From an uncultured Candidatus Saccharibacteria bacterium (GTDB taxonomy: Bacteria > Patescibacteriota > Minisyncoccia > Phycocordibacterales > CAIRYW01), in contig CAYUPH010000005.1 of NCBI GenBank assembly GCA_964446625.1, forward strand, positions 1,432-65,431: a stretch of DNA of 64,000 nucleotides. The letters are read 5' to 3'. Made by a program: the position numbers and the translations under genes. The notes beneath the pieces are model-generated. The model made no database searches, had not been told where the DNA came from, and worked only from the letters and a program-made list of their open reading frames with translations. Each line of letters opens with the position of its first letter. Position 1 is the first letter of the stretch. Shown in pieces: positions 8,088 through 17,971 of the stretch.

Positions 8088-10694
8088 ATGCCAAAGACTA
8101 TAAAAGAGTATATTGAAGGGCTACGGCAGTATAACCCTGGAATAACTGATACTGAGATTACAGAGTATCTTATTTCAATTGGAAAAAATGCTGAAGAAGT
8201 AAAAAACTCATTAGTCCCAAAAGTAGAAGACGCACTTCCTGCTGCTCTGCCAGAAGTAGTACTTCCGCCTAGAGTAGAATCAAGTACACCTCTACCTTTG
8301 GAGGGGAAAGTACCACAGGAAATTTTGATAGACAAACCTCTTGTTGAAGCACCTAAAGAAGAGATAAAAAAACCAAGCGACTTTTCAGTTGATAAACTCC
8401 TTCAAAACGCTTCATTTCACACAGACTTTTCTCCAAAAATAACAGAGACAGTTGTAGCACCCGAAGTGCCCAAGGCACCGCTTGTTCCAAACAGTGTTAC
8501 TGCTCCAGCTTCTCCAAACTCAGAATCAGAAAACACAGGTTTCGTATCAGGAGAAGCTCCAAAAGAATTTACATACCCGGCAAAGGCTCCTGCTTCACCT
8601 GAAGAAAAGTACAGCGAAGCTCGTTTTGTAAGTGAGACGGTTATTGGTCCGGCTAAGCCAATGTCTACTCCATTCCAAGGTTCAAACAATAATCCAGTAA
8701 GTGGAGGTGGAGCTCCTGTCCCTCAGCAAATGGCTAAAGAAGGTAAAACACTAAAAGTGTTAATTGTAATTGTAGTCATCCTTCTTGTTTGCGCTCTTGG
8801 AGGACTTGGGTATATTTATCGCGATAAAATAAGTAGCCTTTTCTCAGGAGGAGAGATTCTTACAAATGAAAATCTTACTTCTAAACTATTTGACGGTTTT
8901 TCTAAGCTAAAAAACGGAAAAGAAACTGGTTTTGTTGAAATGAGTGTAGAAAATAAAAAGGAGGGGATAAAAACATTTGAAGAAGCCTATTCAAATAGTG
9001 GAGCTCTTGTTTCGTTTAAAAAAGATGTCCAAAAGTTTAAAGAAATAAAAGGTGTTCTTGGGAGTTTAAATACTTATTTTTATCGTAACAAAAAATATCC
9101 ATTAAATGCAGAGGATGCGGGAATAGTAATAAAGGATGAATTGGGCCTCGTTTACAAATCCTCTGCTGATCAGAAGGATTTTTTGCTTGAGACGTCTTTT
9201 GAGTCACTAGATATGATCCATACTTTAAAAAATTACCAAAGTACAGAAGACAAAACAAAGATTCAAATAACAAGCAAAGATTTCTACACTTTCTCCAATT
9301 TGAATTTCGATGAGATAGATCCGTTTATGATTTCAGGGACAGCTTCCTTTTTTGCCTCAAGCGCGTCAGGGTCAAGTGGAATGAAAGCTCGCTTAGATTT
9401 TGATGCTACAAGTGGTGAAAGTGACGGAATGCCTCTTTTTGATGTGTTTACAAAGTTTGCTTTTTCGGGAGATGAGTATGATTTCAAGCTCGCCGGATCG
9501 GCGCGTTATGTAAAAGAAGGATTGTTTTTAAAACTTTCTGAGAGCCCCTCTTTTTTTGGTGACTTTTCAAAGATAAAAGATACATGGATATATCTTGATC
9601 CAAAGGAAGAGTTTGATCCCTTTGGAAAAGGTTCAAACTTTTTTGAAAATTTAAGTAGTGAGAAAATCAAAGAGACGATTTCAAAAACAAAAGATGAAAA
9701 GACAGAAAAAATACTTCGCATTTTTGATGAGGAGTCCTTCATACAAATTGAAGGTGAGCCAGTTAAAATAAAAACTGCGGATGGTAAAGATGCATATGAA
9801 TACACACTTAAAATGCATATGGAAAAACTTCCTCAAATATACCCTAAAATTGCACAGGAGCTAAAACTTCCCGAATCATTTCTTGAGGAAAAGCTGTCCC
9901 TTCCACTTTCTGTTCTTTATCTCAAGTATCTTTCTGATAACCAGACCTTTAAAGTTGCTTTACTCAAAAACGGAACGGTTGTAAAAACTGATTATGATTT
10001 TATTCTTTTGCCGTCTCAAACCGGGGGAGTTCAAAACAAACAAGTTCGTTTTTCATACAGGAGCGAACACACATTACCCGAGGGAGGAGTAAATATTCAA
10101 AAACCAGATCTTTATATTACTCAAACAGATGCATACTTAAAAATTGCTGGGCTCACTCTTACAGAGTTTAAGTATCAAAGGCAAAGAGCAGCGATTTCGC
10201 AAATTATTCTTTCTCTCAAAACATATAAATCCTTTACGGGCGCATTTCCAAAACAGCTTTCTGATTTACTTACTCCAGTTAATATGAAAAACGGAAGCTC
10301 AACTATTAAGGGCGAAGCGTTACTTAGATCACTCCCAAAAAATGTGTATGAAGGTAAGGAGATAGTTTATAAAACAGATGAGAAAGGAAGTTTTTCCTTG
10401 AGTTACTACATTGAAATACCAAACAAGGAAGAAGCTTCTCGTAATGTTCCTTTTTATACAGCCCGTCCTAAAAACATCACTGCACTTGCAACGGTTCCGG
10501 GTATCAATACTGCCACAGAAACAGTTTTCTCTTTAGAAGCTGAAGCGGAAGCTTTGGTAGATACAGATAAAGATCTTCTCTCTGACTCACTCGAAGAGTT
10601 TATGGGAACAAACAAGCTCATGAAAGACACAGATGCCGATGGGCTTTCTGACTACTCTGAATTTATAAGTGGTGGGGACCCTCTAAAGAAATAA
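8088..10694 (+). CDS. hypothetical bitopic membrane protein (868 aa): Ser/Pro-rich cytoplasmic N-terminus, single TM, large extracytoplasmic domain with C-terminal acidic DxDxDG-like motifs
   Basis: TM helix LKVLIVIVVILLVCALGGLGYIY at about aa 222-245. C-terminus DTDKDLLSDSLEEFMGTNKLMKDTDADGLSDYSEF resembles Ca-binding repeats. Confidence 0.6.
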   Translation: MPKTIKEYIEGLRQYNPGITDTEITEYLISIGKNAEEVKNSLVPKVEDALPAALPEVVLPPRVESSTPLPLEGKVPQEILIDKPLVEAPKEEIKKPSDFSVDKLLQNASFHTDFSPKITETVVAPEVPKAPLVPNSVTAPASPNSESENTGFVSGEAPKEFTYPAKAPASPEEKYSEARFVSETVIGPAKPMSTPFQGSNNNPVSGGGAPVPQQMAKEGKTLKVLIVIVVILLVCALGGLGYIYRDKISSLFSGGEILTNENLTSKLFDGFSKLKNGKETGFVEMSVENKKEGIKTFEEAYSNSGALVSFKKDVQKFKEIKGVLGSLNTYFYRNKKYPLNAEDAGIVIKDELGLVYKSSADQKDFLLETSFESLDMIHTLKNYQSTEDKTKIQITSKDFYTFSNLNFDEIDPFMISGTASFFASSASGSSGMKARLDFDATSGESDGMPLFDVFTKFAFSGDEYDFKLAGSARYVKEGLFLKLSESPSFFGDFSKIKDTWIYLDPKEEFDPFGKGSNFFENLSSEKIKETISKTKDEKTEKILRIFDEESFIQIEGEPVKIKTADGKDAYEYTLKMHMEKLPQIYPKIAQELKLPESFLEEKLSLPLSVLYLKYLSDNQTFKVALLKNGTVVKTDYDFILLPSQTGGVQNKQVRFSYRSEHTLPEGGVNIQKPDLYITQTDAYLKIAGLTLTEFKYQRQRAAISQIILSLKTYKSFTGAFPKQLSDLLTPVNMKNGSSTIKGEALLRSLPKNVYEGKEIVYKTDEKGSFSLSYYIEIPNKEEASRNVPFYTARPKNITALATVPGINTATETVFSLEAEAEALVDTDKDLLSDSLEEFMGTNKLMKDTDADGLSDYSEFISGGDPLKK

Positions 10695-10701
10695 ATATTT
10701 T

Positions 10702-10734
10702 TTGATTTGACTTTTGTTTTCACTTTGATAAAAT
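10702..10734 (+). promoter_or_regulatory. promoter TTGACT-N16-TAAAAT with TG extension, 8 nt upstream of the giant-gene ATG
   Basis: ttgatTTGACTtttgttttcactttgaTAAAATaaaaagacATG. Confidence 0.5.
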
Positions 10735-10742
10735 AAAAAGAC

Positions 10743-13700
10743 ATGTATAGGAGAAAGAAAGTAGTACTTTTATTTTTTATTTTGTTTTCGCTTTTTACAC
10801 ATACACCACGCGTTTATGGAGTTGATGCATGGTGGGATGCTTCGTGGCAAAAAAGAATAAAAATCACATTTGCAAACGCAGGAAGAGCAGAGAACCTTAC
10901 AAACTTTCCTGTTCTCGTTTCTCTCTCCTCATCTCGTATCGATTTTTCAGATGTTAACTCAAACGGAAGTGATCTTCGTTTTGTGGATGCAGATGGTACT
11001 ACGGTACTAGATTACGAAATTGAAAAATGGAACCCCTCTGGTACCAGTAGTGTCTGGGTTCGTGTTCCTCAAATCGACGCTTCTTCAGATACAGACTATA
11101 TTTATCTCTATTATAAAAATGCAGGAGCAAGCAGTGGTGCAAATCCTTCTGGTGTTTGGGATAGTAGTTATTTGTCGGTACTTCACATGGGGGACAACCC
11201 TACCTCAAGTGGTCCTCAGCAAGATTCTACAGCAAACAATAGTGATGCGACGTCGATTGCATTAAGTGCAACAACAACAGGTGCTATTGGGGATGCGCTC
11301 GATTTAAACGGAACAACTCAATATGTTCAGTATGCAAGCACTACTTTACCCACTCCGCTTAACGCTGGAACGGTGGAGGTAATTTATAATCCTGATACAT
11401 TTGCATCCGATGTAAACGGAAGGTATTTATTTACAAAAGATAAGTCAGGAACTTATATGGGGGAGTGGCGACTCATGCTTGGTAGTGAGTCTGCTGCGCC
11501 GGCTCAAAGCAATAAACTTGCTTTTCGAATTGAGTGTCCGACTTCGCTTGGAGGAAACGGAAATGCGTGGGCAGTTGTTTCTGATATTGCACCACAGCTT
11601 GCAGGTGGCTGGTATTCTGCAACAGCGGTTTGGAACAAAGCAGGGGGGGCGGGAAACATGAAGCTCTATTGGAACGGAACAGCAACAGGAACCCCTTACC
11701 TTAACACTACTGCTGTTGCCACAGCTGATCCAACCTGTGCAATGGAAGTAAGTGGTGAAAAACCAGAAATTGGAAGAAATAACGGTAAAACAACCCAGGA
11801 CGGATATTTTGATGGTCAAATGGATGAATTTCGAATTTCAAATGTTGTAAGAAGTGCTAACTGGATTAATGCAACCTATGCTTCTAGTTTTGATACTTTA
11901 AACACATATGCTTCAGCGGAGACTCCTCCCGACACCACCCCTCCCGTAATCTCAAGCGTTGCCTCTACAACCGCAGTAACAACAGCAACTGTTACGTGGA
12001 CAACTGATGAATCATCAGACTCTGCGGTATGGTACGGCACTCTCTCTGGTAGCTACACAACCTCAACAACAAGCGCATCCCTCGTTACAAGCCACAGTCT
12101 AGGTCTCACAGGACTCTCTGCAGAATCAACATACTACTTTGTTGTTGTATCTAAAGACGCTTCAAACAACACTTCAACTTCATCTGAATACACTCTTCTT
12201 ACTACCGCAGCTCCCGATACAACAGCCCCTGTTATCTCTTCTGTTGCGACAAGTACCACATCTACAACCGCAACAATTACATGGAGTACAAATGAAAATG
12301 CAACATCAACTGTAAATTACGGTACAACTTCAAGTTATGGATCTGCGTCAACATCTGCATCCTTTACCACTTCACACTCAATTACACTCACCGGACTCTC
12401 TCCACTTACAACTTACCACTTCCAAGTATCTTCTGGAGATTCTTCTTACAACTACGCAACAACAAGTGACTATACAGTGGTGACGGGGGCGTCGACACCT
12501 TCTGCTCCAACGAGTCTTGTTGCAACTGGTTATGATGGTAAGGTAAATGTAAAGTGGACTAATCCTGGAGGAACAATTACCGACTATGCTGTGGAGTACA
12601 AACTTTCTTCAGACTCTGTTTGGTCAATGTTTAGTGACGGCGTTTCAACCGCTACAAGTTCAATTGTCACAGGTCTTACAAACAACTCAGCATATGACTT
12701 TCGTGTAACTACTATAAACAGTGGAAGTTACAGTGCATCTTCTTCTCCTGTTTCCGCAACTCCTCAAGTGGTAATTTCTTTTATAAGCCCAACAATTACA
12801 GGAGGAACATCGACTACCTCTACATCTATAACAGGATATGCTTCTTCTACAATAGCGACGCCAAGTTATATGACTTTCCGTCTTGAAACGAATGGAGGAA
12901 CCCTTGTGTCAGAGGCTACAACCACAACAAGATATGGTGACTACAATATTTCTAATTTAGCTACGACAACAAATAAACAGGATCTATCTATTACCGGAGA
13001 TCTATCCGGAGTCGCGTATGTTCCAACTACAGATACACTTTTTACAATTCACAATAATCAAAATGTTATCCACGAAGTAACAAGGGCGGGAGTAAATGTA
13101 AGGACAATAACATGTTCAAGTTGTAACGATGCGGAAGATATTACACTTGTTTCAAGTGTTGCCTCAACAACTGTTGGCGGGTATGATCACACATTTCTCA
13201 TTTCAACAGAAGATGTAGACACAACTAACCACCAGGTTTTTCGCGTCGTTATTCATTCAACAGGAGCAGCGACTGTAAACCGAACTACTTACTATTCAAC
13301 AGGTATAAGTAGCTCACCTTACACAAACAACGGCTTGGAGGGAGTCGCATACAATTCAAATACAGGTCACTTTTATGCAGCGCTCGAAGGTCAGCAAAAC
13401 GATACAGGAGAACCGAAATTATATGAAGTTACACCAGGAAACATTGCGACACATAGTGCGACAAATCAAAGGATTTGTACTAATTTAAATTTTAGAGATT
13501 ACACAACAACTGATGCTACTCGTTTTCCAGCAAGTCCGGGTTATGCTGATATTTCCGGTTTGTATTATGAGGCAACAAACAATCATCTGTATGTTCTCTC
13601 TCATATGGGAGACAAAATGCTTGAGCTCGATATTTCCGACACTTCAAACTGTGTAGTTTTGAGACAAAAAGGAGTGGTAACACGAGCAGATAGTGGATCA

Positions 13701-16232
13701 AACTTTCTGTTTGAAATGCCCGAAGGAATTTCATGGGACTCAACAGGAGAGTATTTATATGTAGGAACCGAATCCGACTATTGGTCTGTGTGGCGCACAA
13801 CTTCCTATGGAATGAGAAATACATTTTCAGGTCTCTCAGACGGTTCATATAATCTGTATGCAAGTGTCACAGATACAGATGGTATCACTTCAACAACAAC
13901 TGCTCGTTCATTTACAGTGGGTAGTGATGTAACTGCACCTTCAATTTCTAGCGTTGCTTCTTCTACGGATGCTACATCTGCAACAATTACATGGAGCACA
14001 AACGAAGCAGCATCTTCATCGGTACGTTTCGGTCTTTCTACTGCTTACTCTTCTGGTGTTTCTACATCAAGCGGTTCAACAAGTCATTCGGTCAACCTTT
14101 CAGGACTTAATTCAGGTACGCTATATCACTTTGCTGTTTATGCTGCCGACGCTTCAGGGAATAGCGCAACAACAACTGATTATACTTTTACAACAACTTC
14201 AGCACTCGACACCACCCCTCCCGTAATCTCAAGCGTTGCCTCTACAACCACAGTAACAACAGCAACTGTTACGTGGACAACTGATGAATCATCAGACTCT
14301 ACGGTATGGTACGGCACTCTCTCTGGTAGCTACACAACCTCAACAACAAGCGCATCCCTCGTTACAAGCCACAGTCTAGGTCTCACAGGACTCTCTGCAG
14401 AATCAACATACTACTTTGTTGTTGTATCTAAAGACGCTTCAAACAACACTTCAACTTCATCTGAATACACTCTTCTTACTACCGCAGCTCCCGATACAAC
14501 AGCCCCTGTTATCTCTTCTGTTGCGACAAGTACCACATCTACAACCGCAACAATTACATGGAGTACAAATGAAAATGCAACATCAACTGTAAATTACGGT
14601 ACAACTTCAAGTTATGGATCTGCGTCAACATCTGCATCCTTTACCACTTCACACTCAATTACACTCACCGGACTCTCTCCACTTACAACTTACCACTTCC
14701 AAGTATCTTCTGGAGATTCTTCTTACAACTACGCAACAACAAGTGACTATACAGTGGTGACGGGGGCGGATACGACAGGTCCTACAATTTCTAATATTTC
14801 AGTGAGTGAAACTTCGAGTGGAGGAACTATTTCATGGACTACTGATGAACTTGCTTCTTCACTTGTAGCGTATGGACCAGGAACTACTTTTGGAGCAACA
14901 ACTACCGAAACCGATACTTCTCCACGAGTACTGTCTCATTCTGTAGTCTTTTCTGATCTTTTAGCTTGTTCAAGGTACTTCTTTAGAATTGCATCTGAAG
15001 ATGCTGCGGGAAATAGATCATATTCATCAGAAAGCGCTTTTTCAACAACTGGTTGTACAGGGTCAGCTAGTATTGAAGAAGTAGAAGTTGAAAATCTAGA
15101 CGTTTCAACAGGAGGTGCACTTTCAGTTGGGGGAAGCGGTCAACAGATAACTTTAGACATACCAGCAGATGCGACTGCTACATCTTCATCTCTTACATTC
15201 CAACTAAAAATTATTTCTGATAGTAGCGTTATTGATTCTATTAGTACTCCTGCAGACAAATCGGTTGCAGAGGGACATATATATGATTTGAAGGCATTCA
15301 TAAATGCCACAACTACACTTTCAACTTTTGATGAGCCTCTCACTATCACACTCTCGTATGATGATAGTGATGTGCGAGGAGTGTCTGAGTCGTCACTTTT
15401 AATTTATCGATATGATAGCGGTTCTTGGACACCTTTGTCTAACTGTTCCGTAAATACTTCGGCAAACACTATAACTTGTGAGACAGATCATTTCTCAGTT
15501 TTTGGTCTCTTTGGAACTACCCAAAGAAGTAGTAGCGGTGGCGGAAAAAAAGGAGGGAGTTCAAATAAACCAAAAAACACAGATAATACTGTCGCTACTT
15601 CTACTCCAGCGCTAAATAATCCGGTAGTAAATATTTCTGTGTTTACTAAACTACTTGTACTCGGCACTGTTGATACAGAAGTTCTTACGCTTCAGAGGTT
15701 TTTAAACCGTGATCCATTAACTCGAGTTGCAACAACTGGTGTCGGGTCTCCCGGATTTGAGACTTCCAGATTTGGAGAACTTACAAAAGAGGCGGTTATA
15801 AAATTTCAGATTAAAAATGGTATTATTGCTTCTAGGGAAAGTGTTTCTGCCGGAGTTGTCGGACCTCAAACTCGCCTCAAACTAAATTCACTTATTACTG
15901 ACACTTCTACAAGCCCAGTTGTAACAACTCCGAGCGGTCCCGTTGCTCTGGTGCCTTCAAACCAGGTTCTCACAGAGAACTTAGTGCTTGGAACTATAAG
16001 TCCACAAGTTAAAATACTACAACAATTTTTAAACCAGGATTTATCGACTCAGATCGCTCAAAGTGGACCAGGTTCAAATGGGCAAGAGACAGAAAAATTC
16101 GGTTCTCTTACTAAGGAGGCAGTTATTAAATTCCAAATAAAATACGGAATTATAAAAGATAGAACAGACCAATTTGCAGGAACAGTAGGCCCAAATACAC
16201 GTGAGAAGATAAATCTTCTTTTAAAAAAATAA
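10743..16232 (+). CDS. giant secreted cell-surface protein (1829 aa): signal peptide, DUF2341/LamG-like lectin region, multiple Fn3-like modules, C-terminal two peptidoglycan-binding (PG_binding_1) domains
   Basis: Signal peptide MYRRKKVVLLFFILFSLFTHTPRVYG. WWDASWQKRIKITF (DUF2341-like start). Repeated TxAPxISSVAxxTTxTxATITWxTNE Fn3-like modules. C-terminal LVLGTVDTEVLTLQRFLNRD...KFQIKNGI and LVLGTISPQVKILQQFLNQD...KFQIKYGI (PG_binding_1-like, x2). Confidence 0.8.
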   Translation: MYRRKKVVLLFFILFSLFTHTPRVYGVDAWWDASWQKRIKITFANAGRAENLTNFPVLVSLSSSRIDFSDVNSNGSDLRFVDADGTTVLDYEIEKWNPSGTSSVWVRVPQIDASSDTDYIYLYYKNAGASSGANPSGVWDSSYLSVLHMGDNPTSSGPQQDSTANNSDATSIALSATTTGAIGDALDLNGTTQYVQYASTTLPTPLNAGTVEVIYNPDTFASDVNGRYLFTKDKSGTYMGEWRLMLGSESAAPAQSNKLAFRIECPTSLGGNGNAWAVVSDIAPQLAGGWYSATAVWNKAGGAGNMKLYWNGTATGTPYLNTTAVATADPTCAMEVSGEKPEIGRNNGKTTQDGYFDGQMDEFRISNVVRSANWINATYASSFDTLNTYASAETPPDTTPPVISSVASTTAVTTATVTWTTDESSDSAVWYGTLSGSYTTSTTSASLVTSHSLGLTGLSAESTYYFVVVSKDASNNTSTSSEYTLLTTAAPDTTAPVISSVATSTTSTTATITWSTNENATSTVNYGTTSSYGSASTSASFTTSHSITLTGLSPLTTYHFQVSSGDSSYNYATTSDYTVVTGASTPSAPTSLVATGYDGKVNVKWTNPGGTITDYAVEYKLSSDSVWSMFSDGVSTATSSIVTGLTNNSAYDFRVTTINSGSYSASSSPVSATPQVVISFISPTITGGTSTTSTSITGYASSTIATPSYMTFRLETNGGTLVSEATTTTRYGDYNISNLATTTNKQDLSITGDLSGVAYVPTTDTLFTIHNNQNVIHEVTRAGVNVRTITCSSCNDAEDITLVSSVASTTVGGYDHTFLISTEDVDTTNHQVFRVVIHSTGAATVNRTTYYSTGISSSPYTNNGLEGVAYNSNTGHFYAALEGQQNDTGEPKLYEVTPGNIATHSATNQRICTNLNFRDYTTTDATRFPASPGYADISGLYYEATNNHLYVLSHMGDKMLELDISDTSNCVVLRQKGVVTRADSGSNFLFEMPEGISWDSTGEYLYVGTESDYWSVWRTTSYGMRNTFSGLSDGSYNLYASVTDTDGITSTTTARSFTVGSDVTAPSISSVASSTDATSATITWSTNEAASSSVRFGLSTAYSSGVSTSSGSTSHSVNLSGLNSGTLYHFAVYAADASGNSATTTDYTFTTTSALDTTPPVISSVASTTTVTTATVTWTTDESSDSTVWYGTLSGSYTTSTTSASLVTSHSLGLTGLSAESTYYFVVVSKDASNNTSTSSEYTLLTTAAPDTTAPVISSVATSTTSTTATITWSTNENATSTVNYGTTSSYGSASTSASFTTSHSITLTGLSPLTTYHFQVSSGDSSYNYATTSDYTVVTGADTTGPTISNISVSETSSGGTISWTTDELASSLVAYGPGTTFGATTTETDTSPRVLSHSVVFSDLLACSRYFFRIASEDAAGNRSYSSESAFSTTGCTGSASIEEVEVENLDVSTGGALSVGGSGQQITLDIPADATATSSSLTFQLKIISDSSVIDSISTPADKSVAEGHIYDLKAFINATTTLSTFDEPLTITLSYDDSDVRGVSESSLLIYRYDSGSWTPLSNCSVNTSANTITCETDHFSVFGLFGTTQRSSSGGGKKGGSSNKPKNTDNTVATSTPALNNPVVNISVFTKLLVLGTVDTEVLTLQRFLNRDPLTRVATTGVGSPGFETSRFGELTKEAVIKFQIKNGIIASRESVSAGVVGPQTRLKLNSLITDTSTSPVVTTPSGPVALVPSNQVLTENLVLGTISPQVKILQQFLNQDLSTQIAQSGPGSNGQETEKFGSLTKEAVIKFQIKYGIIKDRTDQFAGTVGPNTREKINLLLKK
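11931..12491 (+). repeat. copy 1 of a 561-bp intragenic direct repeat (two Fn3-like modules)
   Basis: Nearly identical to 14208-14768. Only about 2 mismatches seen (ccgcagta/ccacagta, tctgcggt/tctacggt). Confidence 0.85.
14208..14768 (+). repeat. copy 2 of the 561-bp intragenic direct repeat
   Basis: See copy 1. Spacing between copies is 2277 nt, in frame in both. Confidence 0.85.
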
Positions 16233-16241
16233 ATTAAAACT

Positions 16242-16610
16242 ATGTCTCTTGGAAATATAAATGTAAACTTGCGGAATTCCTCAGGGAGCCTCTATGCAAT
16301 GCAAAAAGATAGGATTATGCGCGAAGCAAAAGAACGCCAAAAGACCCTTGTACAAAGAGAGGTAGACAACTTAAAACGTTCTGTGTCAACAGATCAGTTT
16401 AAACATGGACAACTAACGAGTGAAATTGCTATAGTGAGGCGGCAACTCCTTGATTTAAATAGGAAACGCTCTGACCCATCTGCTATGCGGGAAATTCGCA
16501 TGAAAGAAGAGAGGATTCGTACTCTTGAGGCAGAACAAAGACGCCTCTATGATGACATAAACAGAGCTTCTACAAAAATACGAGACGAGGAGTACAAGAT
16601 GAGAAACTAA
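16242..16610 (+). CDS. hypothetical coiled-coil protein (122 aa), translationally coupled to zwf
   Basis: Charged and helical (EAKERQKTLVQREVDNLKR...). Stop at 16610, zwf ATG at 16612. Confidence 0.5.
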   Translation: MSLGNINVNLRNSSGSLYAMQKDRIMREAKERQKTLVQREVDNLKRSVSTDQFKHGQLTSEIAIVRRQLLDLNRKRSDPSAMREIRMKEERIRTLEAEQRRLYDDINRASTKIRDEEYKMRN

Positions 16611-16611
16611 A

Positions 16612-17964
16612 ATGGACCACACAACACTTACAATCTTTGGTGCAACTGGAGATTTGTTTAAAAAGAAACTCGCTCCAGCGCTCTTTGATTTGTATGTGAG
16701 AGGGTCCCTTCCAAACCGATTTACAATACTTGGACTTTCTCGAAAACCACTATCCCACAATGAGTTTAGAAACCTAGCCACCCTTGGTATAGAAAAACAT
16801 GAAGCGTTTACGGAAAAAGGGGAAGGTTTCCTAAGAAGACTTTTCTATTACAGTCTTGATGCTACTGACAGCAATTCTTTTGATCAACTTCGCGAGATTA
16901 TCGATAGAAACGATGCGGAGTTTGCAAGTTGCTCAAATAAACTTTTTTATCTTGCAACTGTTCCTGAGCTCTACGCCCACATATTCACAGGTCTTTCAAA
17001 GGTTGGTTTTTCTGTTCCTTGTGTTCCTCCACTTAGAAAGACAGAAAACTGGTCGCGAATTCTTGTAGAAAAGCCGTTTGGGTATGATGCAAAAAATGCA
17101 GAATTTCTTGAAGAACTTTTGTCAGAGTCTTTTGATGAAAGCCAAATTTTCCGAATTGATCACTATCTTGCAAAAGAGACAGTGCAAAACATACTCGCCT
17201 TTCGATTTAAGAATGCACTTTTTGAGCCTCTTTGGAGTAGAAAATATATTGAGCGAGTGGAGCTAAAAGTATATGAGACAGCAGATATAACAGGAAGAGA
17301 ATCTTTTTATGATTCGATTGGGGCGCTTAAAGACTTTGGTCAAAACCATCTTTTGCAAATGTTAGCCCTCCTTGGTATGGAAGAACCAGAAGACTTTTCT
17401 GGAGAAAAAGTAAGAAGTGCTCGTGCTCGGATTTTAAGTGAGACGAAATCGAGTGAAAATGTCACACTTGGTCAGTACGAGGGGTACGCAAGAGGATCCC
17501 TTATAGGGTCTACAACAGAAACTTATTTTAAAGCGGAGCTTCGAGTGGAGAATGAAAGATGGAAGGGAGTTCCTTTTGTTTTAGAACATGGAAAAGCGCT
17601 CAGTGATAACTTTTCAGGAATTATTGTTTATTTTAAACAAAACCCAGAGACAAAAACACCTAACAATATAAGATTTAAAATTCAGCCAGAGCCAGAAATT
17701 TGCGTTTCTTTAAATGTGTTAGAAACCAATATTGGTTCGAACACAGAAGAGCAGAATATGCTTTGTTTTCCACTGCGAGCAAAGGAGAGTAGCGCTGTGT
17801 ATCCGTATGAAAAGCTATTGTCCGATGCTCTCCTTGGAGATCAGACATTATTTGTTTCAAGCAAGGAAGTAAAGGAAGAGTGGAGGATTGCAGACGAGAT
17901 AAAACAATCTGCTAAAGATACAGAACTTCTTATCTACAAAAAAGGAGAAATCTTTGGGTTATAA
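16612..17964 (+). CDS. zwf: glucose-6-phosphate 1-dehydrogenase
   Basis: NADP-binding FGATGDLFKKKLAPALF and the G6PD active-site signature RIDHYLAKE. 450 aa. Confidence 0.85.
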   Translation: MDHTTLTIFGATGDLFKKKLAPALFDLYVRGSLPNRFTILGLSRKPLSHNEFRNLATLGIEKHEAFTEKGEGFLRRLFYYSLDATDSNSFDQLREIIDRNDAEFASCSNKLFYLATVPELYAHIFTGLSKVGFSVPCVPPLRKTENWSRILVEKPFGYDAKNAEFLEELLSESFDESQIFRIDHYLAKETVQNILAFRFKNALFEPLWSRKYIERVELKVYETADITGRESFYDSIGALKDFGQNHLLQMLALLGMEEPEDFSGEKVRSARARILSETKSSENVTLGQYEGYARGSLIGSTTETYFKAELRVENERWKGVPFVLEHGKALSDNFSGIIVYFKQNPETKTPNNIRFKIQPEPEICVSLNVLETNIGSNTEEQNMLCFPLRAKESSAVYPYEKLLSDALLGDQTLFVSSKEVKEEWRIADEIKQSAKDTELLIYKKGEIFGL

Positions 17965-17971
17965 TAATCTT

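Noticed and set aside
11445-13999. Minus-strand ORFs 11445..11819, 13516..13863, 13805..13999 and plus-strand ORFs 11020..11265, 13954..14226
   Set aside because: All lie inside the 5.5-kb giant gene in other frames or antisense, with Cys/His-rich low-complexity translations. Spurious.
11931-14768. Diversity-generating retroelement template/variable repeat pair
   Set aside because: The two 561-bp copies differ at about 2 positions with no adenine-specific mutation pattern, both are in frame in the same gene, and no reverse transcriptase is nearby.
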